From a virus (taxonomy: Duplodnaviria; Heunggongvirae; Uroviricota; Caudoviricetes): a stretch of 64,000 nucleotides of DNA. The stretch lies in the IMG/VR virus record IMGVR_UViG_2821091796_000001, positions 1 to 64,000 of that record; one strand, written 5' to 3'. The position numbers and the translations under genes were made by a program. Shown here piece after piece: positions 45,759 to 55,850 of the stretch (positions are counted from its first letter, which is position 1; every line of letters starts with the position of its first letter). The notes under the pieces are model-generated. The model did not search any database. It was not told the origin of the DNA and saw nothing but the letters and a program-made list of their open reading frames with translations.

Positions 45759-47017
45759 TGCTGTTCCTGCATAAAGGCCAAAAGACAGTCCTGTCTGATC
45801 TGCACCGCTTCCGGGTGATCGTGGCCGGCCGTCGTTGGGGCAAGACACAGGTTAGCCGCGTCGCACTGATCAAGGCCGCTACGTCCAAGAAGAAGCAGCT
45901 CGTCTGGTATGTAGCGCCAACCTACTCAATGGCGCGCGGCATTCTCTGGGACGAATTGAAAAATTCAATTCCGCGCGCCCTTATCAAGAAGAACGGCATC
46001 AACGAAACACGCATGACCATTCGCCTGGTCAATGGCAGCCGTATCGAACTGAAAGGTGCCGATAAGCCCGACTCGCTACGCGGTGTCGGTATTCACTTCC
46101 TTGTCATCGACGAAGCCCAGGACATCCGCAAGGAGACCTGGTTCGAGGTTCTGCGTCCGACGCTCTCGACAACAGGCGGCCGAGTGCTGTTCATCGGCAC
46201 GCCAAAGGCATTCAACTGGCTCTACGATCTCTATGTTGAGGGCCAGCGCGGAGACGTTTATCTTGATGAACGCGGACGCAAGGTCGTCAATGATTGGAAG
46301 TCGTGGCAGTTCCGCACCTCGATGTCGCCATTTATTCCGCCGAGCGAAATCCGCTCTGCAAGAAAGGATCTAGATCCGCGCACGTTCCGCCAGGAATACG
46401 AAGCCTCGTTCGAGACCATGTCCGGCCGAGTCTACTACGCCTTCGACCGCCGTGTTCATACAGGTGACTATCCATTCAATGACAAGCTGCCCGTCGTCAT
46501 TGGTCTCGACTTCAACATCAATCCGATGTCGGCCATCATCATGCAGGAGCAGCCCAACGGCGAGATCTGGGTTGTCGATGAGGCCATTATGATGGGCTCC
46601 AATACGCAGGAAGTCTCCGACGAGATGGCAAAGCGGTTCTATCGCAATATGAACCAGGTCACATTCTTTCCGGATCCGGCCGGCGCATCCCGTAATCACG
46701 ACCGAGGCGAGTCCTCAATCGAGATCCTTCGAGATGCCGGCTTTAAGAAGATTTTGTTCAAGCGAAAACATCCGTTGGTTGCTGATCGCGTAAACTCGGT
46801 CAATCGTCTGCTTCTGTCGGCTGACGGCCAGAACCGTCTCAAGGTAAACCGCAACTGCAAGGGTCTCATCGATAGTCTTGAGCAGACAGTCTATAAGGAA
46901 GGCTCGCGCGACGTGGACAAGTCGGCCGGTGTTGAACATGCCACTGATGCTCTCGGCTACTATTCGGATTTCCGCCATCCCGTTGTCGTCAAGCGGGTTC
47001 ACGGCGCATCTTATTAA
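45758..47017 (+). CDS. terL: terminase large subunit
   Basis: Walker A VAGRRWGKT, Walker B LVIDEAQ, C-terminal nuclease-like region; ATGA coupling. Confidence 0.8.
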   Translation: MLFLHKGQKTVLSDLHRFRVIVAGRRWGKTQVSRVALIKAATSKKKQLVWYVAPTYSMARGILWDELKNSIPRALIKKNGINETRMTIRLVNGSRIELKGADKPDSLRGVGIHFLVIDEAQDIRKETWFEVLRPTLSTTGGRVLFIGTPKAFNWLYDLYVEGQRGDVYLDERGRKVVNDWKSWQFRTSMSPFIPPSEIRSARKDLDPRTFRQEYEASFETMSGRVYYAFDRRVHTGDYPFNDKLPVVIGLDFNINPMSAIIMQEQPNGEIWVVDEAIMMGSNTQEVSDEMAKRFYRNMNQVTFFPDPAGASRNHDRGESSIEILRDAGFKKILFKRKHPLVADRVNSVNRLLLSADGQNRLKVNRNCKGLIDSLEQTVYKEGSRDVDKSAGVEHATDALGYYSDFRHPVVVKRVHGASY

Positions 47018-47024
47018 GCTTGAT

Positions 47025-47046
47025 AGTAAATCAATATTGATTTACT
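47025..47046. promoter_or_regulatory. palindromic motif copy (perfect) before portal gene
   Basis: agtaaatcaatattgatttact. Confidence 0.6.
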
Positions 47047-47083
47047 ATTTTGGCAATAGTTCAATGAAGGTTCTGTGGCAGCG

Positions 47084-48643
47084 ATGAGTATTTCGAAAAA
47101 TGATGACCCTTTGCGCACGTTCTATGAGCGCAGGCATCCCGAATACCATCGCCTTGCCCCCGTATGGCGCTTTCTACAAGCGACCTATGATGGCGGCCGC
47201 GCTTGGTTTGCCGACAATATCTTCAAGTTCCACAAAGAAGGTCAGCAGGAGTTTAACGATCGCCTCAATCGCGCTTACCGCTTCAATCACACACGCGAGA
47301 CCGTCGATCTTGTGCAGAAGTATCTGTTCAAGGCTCCCGTATCACGCAGCGAAGACGCCCCACAGGTCGTAAAGGACTTCTGGGAAAACTCGACGCTTTC
47401 AAACCTGAATATCGACTCTCTAATGCGCATGTCCACTGCCTCCAACTCAGTGAAGGGCAGGGCGGCCATTTTCGTGGACAACAATATGCGAGAAGGCGGC
47501 ATGACAATCGCCGAGGCGCGCGCGGCCGGTATTCGCATCTATGCCTATCTCATCACGGCAACCGATCTGCTTGATTATGCCTGGGATGAAGAGGGTGATG
47601 GTGGACTGCTTTGGGTGAAGGTGCGCGAGTTCGTGCGCGACGACAAGGATCCGATTGCTTCGTGTGGTGATATCATCGAACGCGTTCGGCTCTGGACGCG
47701 CAAGGAATGGATCCTTTTTGAGGAGGTTGAGTCCGAAGTCGATCCTCTCAAACGCTCCAAGAAGAAGCAGAAAGTCATTCGTGAGATCGACCGCGGCGAG
47801 CACAATCTCGACGTGGTGCCTTGCGTCTTCGTTGATCACAATGTTGGCGATGCACCTTACGCAGTTCCGGGTCTCATCGATGATATCGGATATCTTGACC
47901 GCGCCGTTGCCAATTACCTTTCCAATCTTGATGCGATCATCCAGGACCAGACATTCTCCCAACTCGCCATGCCGGCTCAAGCAGTCATGCCAGGCGATGA
48001 CGAATACGATGCCGTTCTATCGATGGGCACCAAGCGCGTCTTCCTGTTCGACGGCGCAGGCGGCAAACCTGAATACCTTTCTCCGGATCCAAAGCAGGCA
48101 CAGATCATCCTGACGGTGATCGAAAAGATCATCAATGAAATCTACCACACTGTCGGGCTCGCCGGCGAGCGCACCAAGCAGGACAACGCGGTCGGCATCG
48201 ACAACTCGTCCGGTGTCGCTAAGGCTTACGATTTCGAGCGGGTGAACTCGCTACTCCTGTCCAAAGCGCAAAGCTGCGAGAACGCAGAAAACAAGCTTGT
48301 TCAGCTGGTCTGCAAGTGGGCGAACATCGCAATCCCAACAGACAAGCTCGTTCAGTATCCACTGACCTTCGACGTGATGCGCTTGGCTGACGAACTGTCG
48401 GTCGGCGAAGCGCTCGGCAAGCTGGCTGCTCCGAATGAAGTGCGCCGCGAGCAGATGCGTCAGATCGTCGACAAGCTTTTTCCTCGCCTCAAGAAAGACC
48501 TTCGCGAAGCAATGGAGAAAGACATCAAAACGTGGCTGGAGGGCGAAGATCTCGTTCTCAATCCACCATCAAGTTTCGGAAGCAAACCTGCAACGTCCCG
48601 ATCCCGTCAAGGCTCGGTCACAGCAAAAACGCCAACGAAATAA
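47084..48643 (+). CDS. portal protein
   Basis: ~520 aa gene directly after terminase, followed by scaffold and capsid. Confidence 0.6.
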   Translation: MSISKNDDPLRTFYERRHPEYHRLAPVWRFLQATYDGGRAWFADNIFKFHKEGQQEFNDRLNRAYRFNHTRETVDLVQKYLFKAPVSRSEDAPQVVKDFWENSTLSNLNIDSLMRMSTASNSVKGRAAIFVDNNMREGGMTIAEARAAGIRIYAYLITATDLLDYAWDEEGDGGLLWVKVREFVRDDKDPIASCGDIIERVRLWTRKEWILFEEVESEVDPLKRSKKKQKVIREIDRGEHNLDVVPCVFVDHNVGDAPYAVPGLIDDIGYLDRAVANYLSNLDAIIQDQTFSQLAMPAQAVMPGDDEYDAVLSMGTKRVFLFDGAGGKPEYLSPDPKQAQIILTVIEKIINEIYHTVGLAGERTKQDNAVGIDNSSGVAKAYDFERVNSLLLSKAQSCENAENKLVQLVCKWANIAIPTDKLVQYPLTFDVMRLADELSVGEALGKLAAPNEVRREQMRQIVDKLFPRLKKDLREAMEKDIKTWLEGEDLVLNPPSSFGSKPATSRSRQGSVTAKTPTK

Positions 48644-48725
48644 CGGGAGCATCCGCTCCGCCGAAACGACCGAGATACTGGTCAAAACTGAAGATAGGCC
48701 GAGATACTGGCCAAAGGAGAACTGA

Positions 48726-49673
48726 ATGACTACTCGTATGCCTGCATCTGTTGGTGCATCTGCTGCCCGCATTTTCGCATCCTCGCTTGGACCACGCATT
48801 GCGCTTGCCCCTGAGAACGAAGATGGCGGTGGTCAGACCCCTGAAGAGATCGCCGCGGCTACCGCCGCCGCTGCTGCTGCGACCGCCGAAGCGCTGGCTG
48901 CAGAAGAGGCTGAGACTGCACGTCTCGCCGATGAAGCTGAAGCTGAAGCTGCCCGCCTCGCAGAAGAAGAAAAGAACCTTACAGAGACTGAAAAGGCCAA
49001 CAAGAAGCTACTGCGCGAAACCATGGCGCGCAAGGCCAAGATCACCGAACTGGAAGCACTCCTCGAAACTAGCAGCAAGGAGCTGAAGAAGTTCGAGGGT
49101 ATCGATCTTACCGAAGTCCAGAAGCTTCTGAAGGAGAAGACTGAGCGAGAACGGAGCGAAGCTGAGCAACGCGGCGAATTTGAACGCGTCAAAGCCATGA
49201 TGATCGAAGAGGCCAAGAAAGATAAGGATGCGCTGCAGGCGACGATTGACGAACTGCGCGGCCAGATCGGCACTTCGGCAAAGACGATTGACGCCCTGAC
49301 TATCGGCAATGAATTTGCCACCTCGACTTTCATTCGAGAGGATCTTGTGCTCACTCCAGTCAAGGCTCGCCAGCTCTATGGTGCGCACTTTGAATTGAAG
49401 GACGGCACAATCGTTGCCTACGACAAGCCCGCTGGCGCAGAGGCACGCACGCCTTTGACTGGAGCCGATGGCAAGCAGCTTGGGTTCAACGAAGCGATGA
49501 AGAAGATTATCGACGGAGATCCGGATCGCGAATCTCTGGTCAAGGTCAAGACCAATCCGGGTGCCGCTTCGCGGACCACGAACAGTCAAACCAAGACCAA
49601 TCAGGATCTCGGACTGTCCGGCCGGAGCATCATCGTCAATGCTTTGAACAAGCGAAACAGTAACGGCAAATAA
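48726..49673 (+). CDS. scaffolding protein
   Basis: Ala/Glu-rich coiled coil between portal and capsid. Confidence 0.6.
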   Translation: MTTRMPASVGASAARIFASSLGPRIALAPENEDGGGQTPEEIAAATAAAAAATAEALAAEEAETARLADEAEAEAARLAEEEKNLTETEKANKKLLRETMARKAKITELEALLETSSKELKKFEGIDLTEVQKLLKEKTERERSEAEQRGEFERVKAMMIEEAKKDKDALQATIDELRGQIGTSAKTIDALTIGNEFATSTFIREDLVLTPVKARQLYGAHFELKDGTIVAYDKPAGAEARTPLTGADGKQLGFNEAMKKIIDGDPDRESLVKVKTNPGAASRTTNSQTKTNQDLGLSGRSIIVNALNKRNSNGK

Positions 49674-49676
49674 AAA

Positions 49677-49694
49677 AGTCAATGATTTTTGACT
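49677..49694. promoter_or_regulatory. palindromic motif copy (first of two before capsid gene)
   Basis: agtcaatgatttttgact. Confidence 0.5.
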
Positions 49695-49733
49695 TTTCTC
49701 CTTGTGAGCGTGGACTCGGTGAGTTACCATAAT

Positions 49734-49755
49734 AGTCAGTCAATATTGACTTACT
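49734..49755. promoter_or_regulatory. palindromic motif copy (second before capsid gene)
   Basis: agtcagtcaatattgacttact. Confidence 0.55.
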
Positions 49756-49784
49756 ATTTCACCGGCGCTCACAAGGAGTAGACT

Positions 49785-50684
49785 ATGCCGCTTTTGGTTG
49801 AAGAAGCCGCTAAACTGTCCCAGGAGGACATGGAACGCGGTATTATCGAGGAGATCATCGATCGCGATGAACTCTTCGCCCTCATGCCGTTCCTCCACGT
49901 GAACGACAAGGTTTACACTTACAATCGCGAGAAGGAACTCAGCTCGGCTACGTTCCTTGATCCTTACGAGGATTTCACGGAAGGCGCTGCAACGTTCGAT
50001 CCAGTATCGACTCGTCTGCGCGTTCTCGGCGGCGACATTCTTATGGACAAGTTCACCACGACTGTTCAGTCTGGTATCAATGACCAGATCGGCATTCAGC
50101 TTCAGTTGAAGGCCAAGTCGATCAACCGCGTATTCCGCAATGCTATCGTCAATGGCGACAGCGACGTGAACGCAAAGTCCTTTGACGGCATCAAGAAGCT
50201 GACACCTGCTTCCCAGACCCTTGTGGCTGGTGCAAACGGTGCTGCTGTTTCTCCGGAAATGCTGGACGAACTGAAGGACGCCGTGAAATATGGCGCCGAC
50301 GTTCTGATGATGAAGCAGGCCACTTGGCGTGCAATCCGCGCAATCCTGCGTGGTATGCCTGGCAACGCCGCTGACTCTATCACCATCAAGGATTTCGGCA
50401 CCGTGAAGGCGTATGATGGCACACCTGTCATCATCAACGACTTCCTGACGGATAACGAAGTCCAGGGAACTGCCAACGAAACTTGCTCGATCTACGCACT
50501 GCGTCTGAACGAGACCGATGGTTTCCACGGCATCTACGGCGGTCCTACCGCCGGCGTGCAGTTCGAGGACATCGGCACGCACGCTACGAAGGACGCTCAC
50601 AAGTGGCGCCTGAAGTGGTATGCCGGCACCGCACTCAAGGCCACTCACTCCGTTGCACGCCTCAAGGGCATCCTCAACATCTAA
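49785..50684 (+). CDS. major capsid protein
   Basis: 299 aa, strong SD aaggag, followed by strong terminator. Confidence 0.6.
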   Translation: MPLLVEEAAKLSQEDMERGIIEEIIDRDELFALMPFLHVNDKVYTYNREKELSSATFLDPYEDFTEGAATFDPVSTRLRVLGGDILMDKFTTTVQSGINDQIGIQLQLKAKSINRVFRNAIVNGDSDVNAKSFDGIKKLTPASQTLVAGANGAAVSPEMLDELKDAVKYGADVLMMKQATWRAIRAILRGMPGNAADSITIKDFGTVKAYDGTPVIINDFLTDNEVQGTANETCSIYALRLNETDGFHGIYGGPTAGVQFEDIGTHATKDAHKWRLKWYAGTALKATHSVARLKGILNI

Positions 50685-50692
50685 GCTTGAAT

Positions 50693-50713
50693 GTAAATCA
50701 ACATTGATTTACT
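50693..50713. promoter_or_regulatory. palindromic motif copy
   Basis: gtaaatcaacattgatttact. Confidence 0.55.
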
Positions 50714-50719
50714 ATCTGA

Positions 50720-50750
50720 GGGCGGGATTATTCCCGCCCTTTGTTTATTT
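50720..50750 (+). terminator. rho-independent terminator after capsid gene
   Basis: gggcggg-attatt-cccgccc then TTTGTTTATTT. Confidence 0.7.
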
Positions 50751-50761
50751 GTGAGGAACCG

Positions 50762-51013
50762 ATGCGCTCCATTGATGTGTATGGAAAAGAAAACTGCCGT
50801 TACTGCAAGGATGCGGTGACCCTGCTCGACCACTATGAGCTTCCATATGTCTACCGCGATGTCGCTGACGAGGCGAGCCGCCTTGAGGTCTTTCGGCGCA
50901 ATCCCGCCACCGCAACGTTCCCACAGATCTTCATTGGCGAAACCCTCATTGGCGGCTGCGATGACCTGGTTGCCACGCCGCTATCCCGACTCCAGCAAAT
51001 GATTGGTGAATAA
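50762..51013 (+). CDS. glutaredoxin-like protein
   Basis: VYGKENCRYCKDAV ... TFPQIFIGETLIGGCDDL (CxxC + TVP/GG glutaredoxin signature). Confidence 0.7.
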   Translation: MRSIDVYGKENCRYCKDAVTLLDHYELPYVYRDVADEASRLEVFRRNPATATFPQIFIGETLIGGCDDLVATPLSRLQQMIGE

Positions 51014-51978
51014 TGAACAAGGTAAAGATTACCTCGAAGGGCTGGCACACCTATTCCAGCCACCTTTGCGGTGTGAAATTTCACGACGGTGTATCAGTTG
51101 AGCCGCTCAATGACGCCACGATCAATCGCCTGGCCGCGACAATCACGATCGTCCGGCTTGATGAAGAGGGCGTTGAGTCTCCAGCCGGCGCTGCTTATGA
51201 CCTGATTGCTGCATCTGCTGCTCGCGCGCCGGTTCTTCCAAAGCTGATGCGTCAGTCCGATGCGGAAGCGGCTGCTGAAGCCAAGCGTGATCTTCTGTCG
51301 GCCGAGAAAGCACCGCACGGCAAGATGTATTCTCACGAAGAGTTGCAGGCTGTTGTTGATGCCGAGGGCTTGAAGGGTCTTCGCGTGATTGGTGATGCCT
51401 GGGGCGTCAAGCACCGCAATATCAACGTCCTCATTCAGATGATCCTGCGCGAGCAGTCTGATTTTGTGGAGAAGCGCAAGCAGCACTTCGAACGGATCAA
51501 CGACAAAATTCAGGCTGCCATTGATGAGCAGAAGATTGCGCAGGAAGCTGCCCGTAAGAAGGCAAAGGCGGAAGCTGACGAACTTGAACAGGCTGCTTCG
51601 ATCCTGCAGGGTGCCGATCACGTGGCCAAGGAATATGCCGTCGGCGAAATTATCCTGACTGGCGAAGCTGTGATCGAGGCGGCATGGAAGCGCTCCGGCA
51701 TGTCGGCTACTGGCTGGAACAAGACCAAGAGCGACCAGATCGCCGAGTTGATCGCAAACGAGCTGAAGCTGATCGGTGTCGAAGCTGCAAAGCCTGAAGT
51801 GCCAAGCATTCCAGTTGTTCCCGTCGCGCCGGTCGAAACAGTCGATGAGCGTGCTCAATTCGATGTGTCCCGTTTGCCAGCGCTTAGCGCTCAGCTTGGC
51901 TCAATCGCGGTTCACACCAACACAATTCCGGACGCAGAGCCGGTCGTGGGTGGCAATATCGAACGCGAGGGCGAGTAA
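51013..51978 (+). CDS. head-associated hypothetical protein
   Basis: 321 aa in head module. Confidence 0.35.
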   Translation: MNKVKITSKGWHTYSSHLCGVKFHDGVSVEPLNDATINRLAATITIVRLDEEGVESPAGAAYDLIAASAARAPVLPKLMRQSDAEAAAEAKRDLLSAEKAPHGKMYSHEELQAVVDAEGLKGLRVIGDAWGVKHRNINVLIQMILREQSDFVEKRKQHFERINDKIQAAIDEQKIAQEAARKKAKAEADELEQAASILQGADHVAKEYAVGEIILTGEAVIEAAWKRSGMSATGWNKTKSDQIAELIANELKLIGVEAAKPEVPSIPVVPVAPVETVDERAQFDVSRLPALSAQLGSIAVHTNTIPDAEPVVGGNIEREGE

Positions 51979-51981
51979 GTT

Positions 51982-52770
51982 ATGAAGCTCTACCCCGAGA
52001 ATTATGACGTGACGATCCGCGTTTCCTTTGTCGATCTCAATGGCGCAAAGATTACGCCATCTGAGGTTAGGGCCGTTCTGTTTAATGGCGAGGATGAAGT
52101 CGTAGTGAATTTCGGTTCGCTGCCGTTCGATCCTTTGGAGACGGGCAAGGATATAGTTATCCCGGCCGCGTTCAACATTCTCGGGGAGGGCGCTCTTAGC
52201 GAAGCGCGCATCCTCAAAGTGCAGCTCACAACCAATGCCGGCATCATTCGCTATTCATCCGTATATGCCATTGAGGGCGAGTTTCGTCTCGCCGTCATGG
52301 AGAATTCTTTCATGTCGATCGAAGCTGCAGAATTGTTGGCGCGCGACATTCCCAACTTGAAAGGCTGGTCTGAAGCAACCGAAGAGAGCCGCAACGCAGC
52401 TCTCATTAATGCCTTTGAACGGCTGATCCGGATCCCGATGAAATTCAAGCGCTACGAAGGTGTTGAAATGCGCCACTATGAGGAGACGGTCATTCCAACC
52501 GACGCCTGGCGTGAAATCACCAAGATCGAGTTCATGACCTTCCCGGCATCATTCCGCAAAGCGGTGCGCCAGGCTCAGATCGCAGAAGCCAACGAAATCC
52601 TTGAGAATGACGTGACCGCTTCCAAGCATCGCGCCGGCATTATCTCCGAAACCGTCGGAGAGTCGTCTGTCATGCTACGCGGTGGATTGCTCGAGCTCGG
52701 AATTGCCAAGCGTTCCAGCGAGTTCCTGAAGGGTCATATCTACTATCGTGCGAGACTGCTGCGCGGATGA
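51982..52770 (+). CDS. head-tail connector/adaptor candidate
   Basis: position in module. Confidence 0.35.
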   Translation: MKLYPENYDVTIRVSFVDLNGAKITPSEVRAVLFNGEDEVVVNFGSLPFDPLETGKDIVIPAAFNILGEGALSEARILKVQLTTNAGIIRYSSVYAIEGEFRLAVMENSFMSIEAAELLARDIPNLKGWSEATEESRNAALINAFERLIRIPMKFKRYEGVEMRHYEETVIPTDAWREITKIEFMTFPASFRKAVRQAQIAEANEILENDVTASKHRAGIISETVGESSVMLRGGLLELGIAKRSSEFLKGHIYYRARLLRG

Positions 52771-53540
52771 TCTCTCACACTCTCTCCGCCCATGCAGATC
52801 GCCAAGCGTTAAACTATGAGCGCCTCACTGACGCTTGGCGTTCGTTGTTCTTCAATGCACTTGGTTCCTCGAGCTTTGGCTCCCCAGCACTTGTAAACTC
52901 AATCGTCCGCCAAGCTTATGACCTGGCACAAACGTTTCTGGAAGATGTCGACGAGGACAGCGAGAACCTCGTCTTCGAAATTGCAACAGAAGCGCACACA
53001 GCGACGATTGACGAAATCATGAGTGATGCGAGCGACGAGTTAACGGTCGAAGCCCTGGAGCATCTGAATCAGACAAAGAGCTATTTAATCGACAGTCTGG
53101 GTGCGCAAATTCATCGTGACATCGCTTTGCTGCGACTAACACTGCAGCGTGTCAATCTCGAGGTCTCCCTAGCCTCGCGCTCGCGCCGTTTAAGCACAGC
53201 AAACGCCCTGATGGAATATCGCATCGGAAACAAGTCGGACTTGCAGTTCATCTTCCTCGATCGCAATTCCCGCAAGTGGCAGTCATCGAAATACATCCGC
53301 GGACTTTGGCGACATACGCTCTTGTCGGTTTACAACGAAGTCGTGCTTCACACGTTGTCCGAACACGGTCTCGAGCGCGCCCAGGTCAATCACATGAATG
53401 CCGACGCCCAGTCCCACGGCATGATCATCGCGATGGGCTCGAACGCCGACATGCCGACCTATTCGGAGATCCGCGACACAATCTTCCATCCAAATTCTAA
53501 TGCAGTCCTTTCCATGGAGACGCCGAATGTATCGTCCTAA
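52767..53540 (+). CDS. head-tail joining candidate
   Basis: position in module. Confidence 0.3.
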   Translation: MISHTLSAHADRQALNYERLTDAWRSLFFNALGSSSFGSPALVNSIVRQAYDLAQTFLEDVDEDSENLVFEIATEAHTATIDEIMSDASDELTVEALEHLNQTKSYLIDSLGAQIHRDIALLRLTLQRVNLEVSLASRSRRLSTANALMEYRIGNKSDLQFIFLDRNSRKWQSSKYIRGLWRHTLLSVYNEVVLHTLSEHGLERAQVNHMNADAQSHGMIIAMGSNADMPTYSEIRDTIFHPNSNAVLSMETPNVSS

Positions 53541-53871
53541 CCAGACCGTCAAATGGTCCAAGCGCATTGGTCGTGACGTTTACAACCGCACAAGCTTTGC
53601 CAAAGCTATCGATATCGGCTGCGCAATTGTCACCCTCCAGCGATCCTCACAGCAGACTACAGTTCGCGCTGACTCATCCGGATCGCGCGGCGCGGCTGAT
53701 GAAGTGGTCGCCAAGACCAAGATACTGGTTGGCGCGACTGCCAGGATTTCACGCGGTGATCTCTTTCTGATCAATGACGAGAACTATACCGTCATCAACC
53801 TGCATCCTCGCTTCACTGTTCACGGCAAACACGATCACACCGAAATCGACCTTGAGGCAGCAATCGCATGA
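53527..53871 (+). CDS. head closure / tail attachment candidate
   Basis: 114 aa, position. Confidence 0.3.
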   Translation: MYRPNQTVKWSKRIGRDVYNRTSFAKAIDIGCAIVTLQRSSQQTTVRADSSGSRGAADEVVAKTKILVGATARISRGDLFLINDENYTVINLHPRFTVHGKHDHTEIDLEAAIA

Positions 53872-54299
53872 TTAGGATGCGCTCGACGGGCGGCAGCCAG
53901 GTAGTTGTGGAACTGCGCAATATGGGTCAGCGGGTTGTTGAGAACGCTCGCAAGACCATGCACGCCTCTGCTGGGCGTATCGTCCAGGAGGCCAAACTCA
54001 ATACGCCCGTTGATACGCACGATCTGGAACAATCCATCCGAATTGAGAAGTCCTATGGCACCGCCGGCCGACTGCAAATCGACATCGTTGCCGGCGGAGG
54101 ACACATCGACGCTTATGCGGCTGAGGTGCATGAGAACTACAACCCCGAGCACGCAGGCGAGGGCACCAAGGAAAAGATGAGACAGAACCCCGGACGGCTC
54201 ATCGGAGAGAAGTATCTCGACCGCGCCGTCGAGGACGAGGAAGGCAAGCTCAACGCCAGAATAATTGGCGCAATTTCAAAGGTGACGACGAAGCTATGA
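53868..54299 (+). CDS. HK97 gp10-like tail-component protein
   Basis: ...ELRNMGQRVVENARKTMHASAGRIVQEAKLNTPVDTHDLEQSIRIEKS pattern of gp10 family. Confidence 0.5.
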   Translation: MIRMRSTGGSQVVVELRNMGQRVVENARKTMHASAGRIVQEAKLNTPVDTHDLEQSIRIEKSYGTAGRLQIDIVAGGGHIDAYAAEVHENYNPEHAGEGTKEKMRQNPGRLIGEKYLDRAVEDEEGKLNARIIGAISKVTTKL

Positions 54300-54706
54300 T
54301 TTGGGACATTCTTATTGCGAAGATCGAAGCGGCCGGCCTTGCAGCGGCCGGCAACGACATGTTCATCAATGACTTTCCAGCCGAAGTGGATACCGGTGTC
54401 ATGTTGAAATCGCCACTTGCTGGAATTGCTATCGATCCCAACCTGCCAGGCTACTATACGCCAAACCTTCAGATTATTGTTCGCCACAAGGATCCCGTTG
54501 AGGGTGAGAAGCTCGCGGCTAAGCTTAACCACATTCTCTATGTTGAAGCACCAGAGAGATATGAGCAGACTGCCGAGCGCGGTGCGGTTCAGATCAACAT
54601 CTTCCGGGCCCGGAGTTTGCCGATCCGGTATCCACGTCAAGAGGGCGGATCGATCGAATGGTCGCTCAACTACAGCACATCCTTCACCATTCAGGCTCGC
54701 TCATAA
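54296..54706 (+). CDS. tail completion/terminator candidate
   Basis: position before major tail gene. Confidence 0.35.
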   Translation: MIWDILIAKIEAAGLAAAGNDMFINDFPAEVDTGVMLKSPLAGIAIDPNLPGYYTPNLQIIVRHKDPVEGEKLAAKLNHILYVEAPERYEQTAERGAVQINIFRARSLPIRYPRQEGGSIEWSLNYSTSFTIQARS

Positions 54707-54726
54707 TAAATCAATATTGATTTACT
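54706..54726. promoter_or_regulatory. palindromic motif copy before major tail gene
   Basis: ataaatcaatattgatttact. Confidence 0.55.
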
Positions 54727-54790
54727 TTTTGCCGTCAGGTAAACTACTGGTCAAGTATGTCCTTTCCGCCTCTCAAGGAGTAAATCTATT

Positions 54791-55315
54791 ATGGCTGGTC
54801 CAACATCTAGCACTGAAAACGTCAAGCTTGGCGTCTGCACCGTCCTCTTTAATGCAGAGGATCTTGGTTTTACCAAGGGCGGCGTGGAAGTCGAAGTGAC
54901 GACGGATACGCACGAAGTCACCGTCGATCAGTTTGGCGATACGCCGATCGATGAACTTGTAACTGGCCGTAAGGTCACTGTTAAGGTTCCGCTCGCCGAA
55001 ACGACGCTCGACAACCTTGTCCGCATCATGCCTGGCGCAACCCTGATCGTCGATGGCACCGATCCGAAAAAGCGCCAGGTCGTTGTTGATACGGGTGTTT
55101 CCATTTCGCTTTTGTCTATTGCCAAGAAGCTCGTTCTGCGTCCGAAAGGCACAACTGGCGAAGAAGATTTCACGATTTTCAAGGCAATGACCGCCGGCGC
55201 GATTTCGTTCGCCTATCAGTCCGATACTGAACGAGTCTTCAACGTCTCCTTCAAGGGCTACGCTGACGCTACGGGAAAGCTTTTTGCCCTTGGTGATACT
55301 ACTGCAGCTGCTTAA
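54791..55315 (+). CDS. major tail protein
   Basis: 174 aa, follows palindromic motif, precedes G/T chaperones and tape measure. Confidence 0.6.
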   Translation: MAGPTSSTENVKLGVCTVLFNAEDLGFTKGGVEVEVTTDTHEVTVDQFGDTPIDELVTGRKVTVKVPLAETTLDNLVRIMPGATLIVDGTDPKKRQVVVDTGVSISLLSIAKKLVLRPKGTTGEEDFTIFKAMTAGAISFAYQSDTERVFNVSFKGYADATGKLFALGDTTAAA

Positions 55316-55336
55316 TCACTTGATTTCAAGCGCAAA

Positions 55337-55356
55337 GTAAATCAATATTGACTGAC
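55337..55356. promoter_or_regulatory. palindromic motif copy before G-like chaperone gene
   Basis: gtaaatcaatattgactgac plus downstream ctgaca...tgtcag hairpin. Confidence 0.5.
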
Positions 55357-55398
55357 ATTCTTCCGAGTGTCAGTCAATTTCATTTTCAGGGAAACACT

Positions 55399-55740
55399 AT
55401 GACGAAATACCTCAATCTGGACGAACTCTCCGCAGAGCGCGAATTCTTCATCAAGCTCAGTGGCAAAGACCATCTGGTCCAAGAGCCGACTGTTCAGGAC
55501 TTCCTCGACAATCTGAAGGAGCTCGAGGCATTGCCGATCAATGCGTCTCCGACAGAGGAACTCAATCTCACCATTAAGCAGCTTCTGCGCTCGGTGCCGA
55601 CACTGACCGACCCACAGTTGCGCAAGCTGACATTTTCTCAGGTCAAGGCAATCCACGATTTCGTTATGACCGCAGGTGGACAGAAGATTGAAACTGAAGA
55701 GACGAAGGATGGTGAAGTGGACCCCAAGCCGGCGAGCTGA
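55399..55740 (+). CDS. tail assembly chaperone (gpG-like)
   Basis: acidic 113 aa protein immediately before tape measure. Confidence 0.5.
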   Translation: MTKYLNLDELSAEREFFIKLSGKDHLVQEPTVQDFLDNLKELEALPINASPTEELNLTIKQLLRSVPTLTDPQLRKLTFSQVKAIHDFVMTAGGQKIETEETKDGEVDPKPAS

Positions 55741-55850
55741 AGTCTATAGATTTCGGATTTCTGTTCGCCAGATTAATAAAGTTCTTCCGCTTTGATCATG
55801 ATCATCTGCTCCGGTATCCGCTCAAACGGTTCTGGTTCTATCACCGGCAG

